Shown: piece by piece, positions 58,819-64,000 of the stretch
Layout: each line of letters starts with the position of its first letter
How positions within the stretch are numbered: position 1 is the first letter of the stretch
DNA from: a virus
Length of the DNA: 64,000 bases
Reading direction: 5' to 3' (one strand)
Virus record (IMG/VR): IMGVR_UViG_3300034105_001195
Span: 19,354 to 83,353 of that record
Position numbers and translations under genes: made by a program
The notes under the pieces: model-generated
Told to the model about the DNA's origin: nothing
Database searches by the model: none
Seen by the model: only the letters and a program-made list of their open reading frames with translations

Positions 58819-58850
58819 TTATCCACAGCGTTACGGCCACCTGTGGATAA
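58819..58850 (+). promoter_or_regulatory. Two perfect DnaA boxes (inverted pair)
   Basis: TTATCCACA 58819 and TGTGGATAA 58842. Confidence 0.75.
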
Positions 58851-58862
58851 ACCCTGAAATTC

Positions 58863-58938
58863 TGTGAGATTAATCACACTGATCAATTCGGACATATTGT
58901 AACTAATCCTAGACAATGTCAGTGGGGTCTGTTATACT
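58863..58938 (+). promoter_or_regulatory. Early promoter: perfect CRP site + TGTCAG-N10-TATACT
   Basis: TGTGAGATTAATCACA 58863; TGTCAG 58917. Confidence 0.8.
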
Positions 58939-58969
58939 TACAACTAATCAAACGAAAGGTAAAAAATAT

Positions 58970-59977
58970 ATGGCTCACAATCTAGAAATGGAAAACGGCG
59001 AAGTTGCTTTCGCTCTCCGTGGCGCACCTGCTTGGCACAACCTTGCAAATCGCATCTTTACAAAAGATGAGGAAGTTACAACTGCAACAATGCTTGAAGA
59101 AGCAAAGTTAGCAAATTGGAATGTTCGCTTATCTCCACTCACCGACCACATTTCAGAATCTTGGAATGATGTATCTCAGGCTCAGTTGGTTATTCGTGAT
59201 AACCCATTCAATAAGGGAACTGATGTTCTCGCAACTGTTGGCAAGCGTTACAAGCCAGTTCAGAATGAGGAACTATTTGCATTCGCCGATGCAATTCACG
59301 ATGCCAATGCTGATTGCCGTTGGGAATCTGCTGGCTCACTAAAGAAGGGCAAAGTTGTGTTCGGAACTGTAGATATTCCACGCACAATGGTTCTTGACCC
59401 ACAAGGCGCTAACGATGAGACAAAACTTTATCTCATTGTATGGACTTCACACGATGGTTCTGTTGCCGTTCAAGCAGCGGTTACTCCTGTTCGTGTTGTC
59501 TGTCAAAATACATTGAACCTTGCAATGCGTAATGCTAAGCAATCATTCAAGATTCGTCATACACAATCTGTTGATGGTCGTATTCAAGTTGCTCGTGAAA
59601 CTCTTGGGCTTGCTCTTGGTTACTTCGATGAATTCGAAACTGAAGCAAAGGCACTTTACTCTCAGGCAATTACTGATGCTGAATTTTCTAAGTTGATTCA
59701 GACAATCTATCCTAAGCCAGATAAGGATTCTGCTAAGGTTGCATTGACTAAGTGGGAGAATAAGGTTGTCCTGCTTGATGAGTTGTATCATAACTCACCA
59801 ACTAACGCTAACATCAAGGGAACTAAATGGGGTGCGTTCAATGCACTTACTGAGCGCCTTGATTACTATCGTTCAGGTCGTGGCAATTCTGAAACACTAA
59901 TGGCTGGTGCATCAGGCTTTGACCCAATTCTAACTGCTGAGAAAAACAAAATCAAGAAATTGGTTTCTGCTTTCTAA
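58970..59977 (+). CDS. DUF932-family phage/plasmid protein
   Basis: MAHNLE...PAWHNL, YKPVQNEELF, ESAGSLKKG, SHDGS, TPVRVVCQNTL, IRHT, GTKWGAFNALTE. Confidence 0.88.
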   Translation: MAHNLEMENGEVAFALRGAPAWHNLANRIFTKDEEVTTATMLEEAKLANWNVRLSPLTDHISESWNDVSQAQLVIRDNPFNKGTDVLATVGKRYKPVQNEELFAFADAIHDANADCRWESAGSLKKGKVVFGTVDIPRTMVLDPQGANDETKLYLIVWTSHDGSVAVQAAVTPVRVVCQNTLNLAMRNAKQSFKIRHTQSVDGRIQVARETLGLALGYFDEFETEAKALYSQAITDAEFSKLIQTIYPKPDKDSAKVALTKWENKVVLLDELYHNSPTNANIKGTKWGAFNALTERLDYYRSGRGNSETLMAGASGFDPILTAEKNKIKKLVSAF

Positions 59978-60024
59978 ATAAATAAATCCTGAGCAAGATT
60001 CAAAACTGCTCACAATTTTTTCTT

Positions 60025-60098
60025 GATCCATTAGCTCAGTTGGTTAGAGCGCTACCCTGTCACGGTAGAGGCCGACGGTTCAAGTCCGTTATGGGTCG
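60025..60098 (+). tRNA. tRNA-Asp(GTC)
   Basis: Acceptor stem GATCCAT/ATGGGTC; D-arm GCTC/GAGC; anticodon arm CTACC-CTGTCAC-GGTAG; T-arm GACGG-TTCAAGT-CCGTT; CCA not encoded. Confidence 0.92.
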
Positions 60099-60142
60099 CA
60101 TATCAATATGTGAGACGCCCGCAGTATTAAGGGAACTAAAAC

Positions 60143-60208
60143 TGTGTTACGACTCACATAAAAAATCCCCTGAAATCTATTGCATATGTCAGTGGGGTCG
60201 TGTACAAT
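60143..60208 (+). promoter_or_regulatory. Early promoter: CRP-like site + TGTCAG-N10-TACAAT
   Basis: TGTGTTACGACTCACA 60143; TGTCAG 60187. Confidence 0.75.
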
Positions 60209-60237
60209 ACTCCATATACAACAACGAAAGGTATAAA

Positions 60238-60663
60238 ATGTCATCACGAACTAAAGGTTACATTGGAACACTAGTGGACGGCAAAAAGCTTGCCACAATT
60301 GCAAATGGTATATATAACTTACAATACAGTTCAGACTTTTCTGAGTGCACAGTAGATAATCTATTGTTTATTGAATTAGAAGAGAAGAATGTATTTGGGG
60401 ATCCTAAATATGCTCTCGTATGCTCAGAGGGTGTTGGCTGGGAACAAGATACATATGGTTGCCTAGAAGTACCAACAAACATCGGCGCTATGGGTCTATG
60501 GAATGGACGTGTCTTTATCTCAGTAGATACTGTTAAGTCTTGCCTTACTGATAAGACTGAGGATATATCAGATTACATTAGAGTCTTTGGCTCCCGCCTT
60601 GATTCCAACTGCTCCCTATGGCAGTCCAAGATGTCAGTGGCTACTGCTACAATAGCGCAATGA
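60238..60663 (+). CDS. Early hypothetical protein
   Basis: Start MSSRTKG after AACGAAAGGT; the longer ORF-track start overlaps the tRNA. Confidence 0.7.
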   Translation: MSSRTKGYIGTLVDGKKLATIANGIYNLQYSSDFSECTVDNLLFIELEEKNVFGDPKYALVCSEGVGWEQDTYGCLEVPTNIGAMGLWNGRVFISVDTVKSCLTDKTEDISDYIRVFGSRLDSNCSLWQSKMSVATATIAQ

Positions 60664-61322
60664 CAAAGTATCAGAAGTATACCTGGGTGTGCACAGGCGA
60701 CTGTGACGCATTAATCGAATACACATTTAAAGATGGCTATGGATGGCCAAACGGTGTGATGGACCTCACATGCAGATGTGGGACCAATTGCACATTATTG
60801 TCAGTGGAAGATGCTACAATACCGTATACAGATTCACCCCTACCAACGGAAGAGGAAAAAATGGAAACAACAGAAACATCAGCAGTAACAGTTCCCGATA
60901 CATATAACCCTAACCTATTGGTTACCTACAAAGTAATCCGTGGTTATTCAGATGCAGAATATGCAACTGACAAGGTAACATCAATTGAGTGGGACTTGCA
61001 CAATGCACGTCAAGCACAGAAAACTAATGGCGTCTACCAAGACAAGATTAATACAGTCAAGGACATCATCACTGAAGTCTATGAAGATTCAGATGACAAG
61101 GATACACTACGTTCAATCGCAGAAGCCCTTGGCATCGAATTGGTTCGAGAAGTTTTATTCACTGCAACTCTCGAAGTTAGCGGAACATATACATATAACA
61201 TTCTTGAGAATGATTATGACCTCGACCTTGATTCAGAAGTCACAGATGCTCTTTACGCCGATTCAAATAACGGTAACATCACAATTGATGACACCGAAGT
61301 TTGCCACGTAAGGGAAGCATAA
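60660..61322 (+). CDS. Early protein with a Cys-rich N-terminus and an acidic C-terminus (possible second start at 60861)
   Basis: ATG lies 7 nt after the -10 of motif 60632; an internal promoter motif at 60799 and a GAGGA RBS precede METTETS. Confidence 0.65.
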   Translation: MTKYQKYTWVCTGDCDALIEYTFKDGYGWPNGVMDLTCRCGTNCTLLSVEDATIPYTDSPLPTEEEKMETTETSAVTVPDTYNPNLLVTYKVIRGYSDAEYATDKVTSIEWDLHNARQAQKTNGVYQDKINTVKDIITEVYEDSDDKDTLRSIAEALGIELVREVLFTATLEVSGTYTYNILENDYDLDLDSEVTDALYADSNNGNITIDDTEVCHVREA

Positions 61323-61534
61323 TGTATTTCGAGTTGACTGCTCCCGATAGGCTATCTCTTGAGATGGCTTATTGGGATGCACAAATCACAGGGCTCGACC
61401 CAGAATTTATGCCACCGTTGACATTCAATGTTGGAACTGGTAGTATTGAGAAAGTAAGTCGTATTCGTGACAAGTATAATTTATCCGAATCATATTGGTC
61501 AGACAGAGAAGCGACAGGATACAAGGAGAAATAA
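61322..61534 (+). CDS. Early hypothetical protein
   Basis: MYFELTAPD, coupled start. Confidence 0.6.
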   Translation: MYFELTAPDRLSLEMAYWDAQITGLDPEFMPPLTFNVGTGSIEKVSRIRDKYNLSESYWSDREATGYKEK

Positions 61535-61676
61535 TGTCAGATTACAAGGATGGTTTTGAGGACGGGTATAAGTTTGCTCGTGAAGAGATTATGGAGAAGT
61601 TGGCAGAGATTGATATCGCTGACATCGACTCTTGGATTCTTGACCGTCTTTCAGAAATGATTGAAGGTGGGTCACT

Positions 61677-61886
61677 ATGACAACCGAAGATCTAAATCGC
61701 TGGATTGGTTGTGATCAATGCAGCACGGCACAGGCAATGTATCTAATTAAACTTATGGATGGCGAGCTTTTCTTTTGCGGGCACCATTTCAATAAGAACA
61801 AAGAGGCCCTTGACAAGGTCTCATACGAAGTGATAGAATTAAACAAAATAGAAGAAGCGGCACCTATACTAGAAACGGCGGAATAA
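61677..61886 (+). CDS. Small Zn-binding protein
   Basis: CDQC...LFFCGHH. Confidence 0.7.
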   Translation: MTTEDLNRWIGCDQCSTAQAMYLIKLMDGELFFCGHHFNKNKEALDKVSYEVIELNKIEEAAPILETAE

Positions 61887-61887
61887 A

Positions 61888-62256
61888 ATGGGCGATAGAG
61901 CAAACTTTGGTTTTAAAGACCGTAAGGGAGATACAATCTTTCTATACGGCCACTGGGCTGGACATCGAATGCTAGAGAATCTAGCCAATGCTGTGGAGCA
62001 GGCACGTCCACGCTGGTCCGATGAATCATATGCTACACGTATCTGTGTTAGCCAATTGGTAAATGAAGAATGGGCTAGCGAAACAGGTTGGGGCCTAAAT
62101 GTAAATGAATTAGGTGACAACGAGCACAAGGTCCCTATTATTAACTGGGCCGAAAAAACGTTTACCCTAATGGAAGAGGACCTGCAGACAGAGGTCTTCA
62201 GCCAATCGCTGGATGCATTTGTTGCTAAGCATTCCAGTCAACCAAGTATGGTATAA
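61888..62256 (+). CDS. Phage early hypothetical protein
   Basis: MGDRANF...LYGHWAG...RWSDESYATRI. Confidence 0.75.
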   Translation: MGDRANFGFKDRKGDTIFLYGHWAGHRMLENLANAVEQARPRWSDESYATRICVSQLVNEEWASETGWGLNVNELGDNEHKVPIINWAEKTFTLMEEDLQTEVFSQSLDAFVAKHSSQPSMV

Positions 62257-62381
62257 TTAATCCAAGGACCTTGGTCCTGGTTTTAATATAGAAATGAAAT
62301 GGTGCATCTATTTAGTCTACGGGCCAGGTGCTAAGTAAAGCGGTTTATTTCTTTCGTTGGAAATCAGCAGCCATATTCATA

Positions 62382-62412
62382 CCCCCCAGCTATAAGCTGG
62401 GGGTTTCTTTTT
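62382..62412 (+). terminator. Rho-independent terminator
   Basis: CCCCCAGCT-ATA-AGCTGGGGG followed by TTTCTTTTT. Confidence 0.85.
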
Positions 62413-62476
62413 GCCCACAAAGACATGAGGGTATCATATCTCTTTTACGACGTCAATATAAAAAGCCCTAGAATTT

Positions 62477-62560
62477 TGTGATCTTGACCACATTCTGAAT
62501 AAAATGTGGTGTGAAACACACCCAAATACTATTCCAAATGTCAGTGGTCCATTGTATAAT
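62477..62560 (+). promoter_or_regulatory. Early promoter: two CRP-like sites + TGTCAG-N10-TATAAT
   Basis: TGTGATCTTGACCACA 62477; TGTGGTGTGAAACACA 62505; TGTCAG 62539. Confidence 0.75.
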
Positions 62561-62587
62561 TGGAACATATCAACGAAAGGATATAAA

Positions 62588-63382
62588 ATGCCAAATTGGT
62601 GTTACAACACATTAACTATCCAAGGACCTAAGTCTGAGGTAGATATGATTAAAGATAGATTGAATGCTCCATTTACATTAGCACAGGAGACATTTGGTAT
62701 GGGTGATATTTCTTCTATGGGTTTCCCCACCAAAATTGAACAGGTAACTTATTCTAATCCTGTCTTTGCTTTCTTTAATATCCACTCATATAAGGATGAC
62801 GGTATTACTGATGAGGAATATGCCTGCCAGCCTTCTCGTGGTGATATAGATATTCAGAATGACCCTGATTGGTTCCGCAAATCTGTTGAGTTTGCTAAGA
62901 CTCAGAAGGATTGGTATTCTTGGAATAATTCCAACTGGGGAACTAAATGGGATGTAGCCGTCCGTGACGGTGATGAATATCCAAATACAGAATTGCTTGA
63001 ATATAAATCAGAAGGTGATGACAACTGGGTTGTATATAAGTATGAGACTGCTTGGTCACCTGCTGTAACTATCTTAACTAAACTATCTAATCTTGTTCCT
63101 AACTGCCTGCTTACTTTAGAGTATGAGGAAGAAACAGGTTGGGGTGGGGAATATGAGATTGTCCGTGGTGATGTTAAAACTATTCTAGAATATGAGAATC
63201 GCTGTTATGCTTGCCAATCTTTTGATACATTAGATTACTGCGAGAATGACTGCGGTGAATTCTGCTCTGAATGCAATGAGGGTTCTTGGCAGAATGAAGT
63301 GGAAATGGCAGAATGTCAGACCCATAGTGTAATATTAGCAAATCAGAAAACCTACACACAGGAGGAAGCATTAAATGGCTAG
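62588..63382 (+). CDS. DUF1281/YubB-like ferredoxin-fold protein with a Cys-rich tail
   Basis: MPNWCYNTLTI, DWYSWN..NWGTKWD, YETAWSP, LEYEEE. Confidence 0.8.
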   Translation: MPNWCYNTLTIQGPKSEVDMIKDRLNAPFTLAQETFGMGDISSMGFPTKIEQVTYSNPVFAFFNIHSYKDDGITDEEYACQPSRGDIDIQNDPDWFRKSVEFAKTQKDWYSWNNSNWGTKWDVAVRDGDEYPNTELLEYKSEGDDNWVVYKYETAWSPAVTILTKLSNLVPNCLLTLEYEEETGWGGEYEIVRGDVKTILEYENRCYACQSFDTLDYCENDCGEFCSECNEGSWQNEVEMAECQTHSVILANQKTYTQEEALNG

Positions 63383-63590
63383 TTTCTTAGAAGATGTAAA
63401 TCAAATGGTAATTGACGCTGTCTATCAAGATATAGCAGAGCAATTGCTAGAAGACTGGATTAATAATAATCTTGACGAGGGTCAATATTATGCAGATAAA
63501 CAATTTGCTGAAATGTCAGGAGATAGGTTTATCCAAGATGAGTTTAATAAATTCTATAATCTAAAAGAAGGAGATGAGGACTACCTATGA
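63375..63590 (+). CDS. Acidic hypothetical protein
   Basis: 71 aa with a GGAGG RBS. Confidence 0.65.
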   Translation: MASFLEDVNQMVIDAVYQDIAEQLLEDWINNNLDEGQYYADKQFAEMSGDRFIQDEFNKFYNLKEGDEDYL

Positions 63591-63753
63591 GAAGTTATGA
63601 CTTTGTAATTAAATTAGCAGGTAGTGTATCTGCTAACAATGAGGAAGAAGCACACGAGAAAATTAATCTACACCTAGACGATTTAGGTGCAGTAGATAGT
63701 TTAAGATACGATTTGGAATGGCCTGATGTATCTTGGGATATGGAGTATGAGTT

Positions 63754-63936
63754 ATGCTAGGTTATACTGAATCCGATCTAAATAGAATGATTAATGCTGT
63801 TCACGATGCTAAGTTATTCTATCTTAGGACCCCGTCCGATTTAATGGACAAGCAACCTTTGAGGAAAGACCTAGAAGACGCTGTTAGTTTCTTGCAAGGT
63901 CTGTGGGCGGAGGGTTACTTTGACCACACAAACTAA
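63754..63936 (+). CDS. Hypothetical protein
   Basis: 60 aa; FLQGLWAEGYF. Confidence 0.6.
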   Translation: MLGYTESDLNRMINAVHDAKLFYLRTPSDLMDKQPLRKDLEDAVSFLQGLWAEGYFDHTN

Positions 63937-64000
63937 ATCTAGTAGGTTCATAGAGTATATGAAGATACATCTAATTAGTCTTATGCAAGACTTAGAGGCA

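Noticed and set aside
60040-60237. N-terminal extension of the 60040..60663 ORF
   Set aside because: It overlaps tRNA-Asp and a promoter; a better start with an RBS lies at 60238.
62320-62340. SAM-I riboswitch suggested by CCAGGTGCTAA
   Set aside because: The other conserved SAM-I elements are not evident.
53586-62477. Scaffold repeats as integron attC or Xer dif sites
   Set aside because: They lack the attC long imperfect palindrome and the dif two-arm consensus; no integrase is present in the window.
63514-63537. Further TGTCRG occurrences (63514, 61535, 56925, 52682) as promoters
   Set aside because: None has TANNNT at the 10-nt spacing.

Overview
This 64-kb window is part of a large, AT-rich tailed dsDNA phage genome (siphovirus-like). 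The host is probably an actinobacterium, inferred from gene style and regulatory motifs. Positions 1-47.4 kb (minus strand) are the virion module: distal tail, a 2736-aa tape measure protein (TMP), a frameshifted tail chaperone, tail and neck proteins, an HK97-type capsid, protease/scaffold and portal. A ~29-kb array of modular fibre/adhesin genes lies upstream of the portal and carries a tryptophan-halogenase 'moron'. Positions 47.4-52.3 kb hold a class II ribonucleotide reductase, a lytic transglycosylase, an HNH protein and candidate small RNAs. Positions 52.4-64 kb (plus strand) are an early-type region of small ORFs and one tRNA-Asp. The most striking signal is the regulatory architecture of this early region. 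It has 14 copies of TGTCRG-N10-TANNNT, which matches the actinobacterial PafBC/RecA-NDp DNA-damage promoter. Most copies are preceded by helically phased CRP/GlxR sites. The region also has four perfect DnaA boxes, a fixed-spacing ~60-bp repeat scaffold and several structured RNA candidates. A second highlight is a HipA/PI3K-like kinase domain embedded in the TMP between GG-containing linkers. All protein family calls come from motif recognition by eye; no database search was run.
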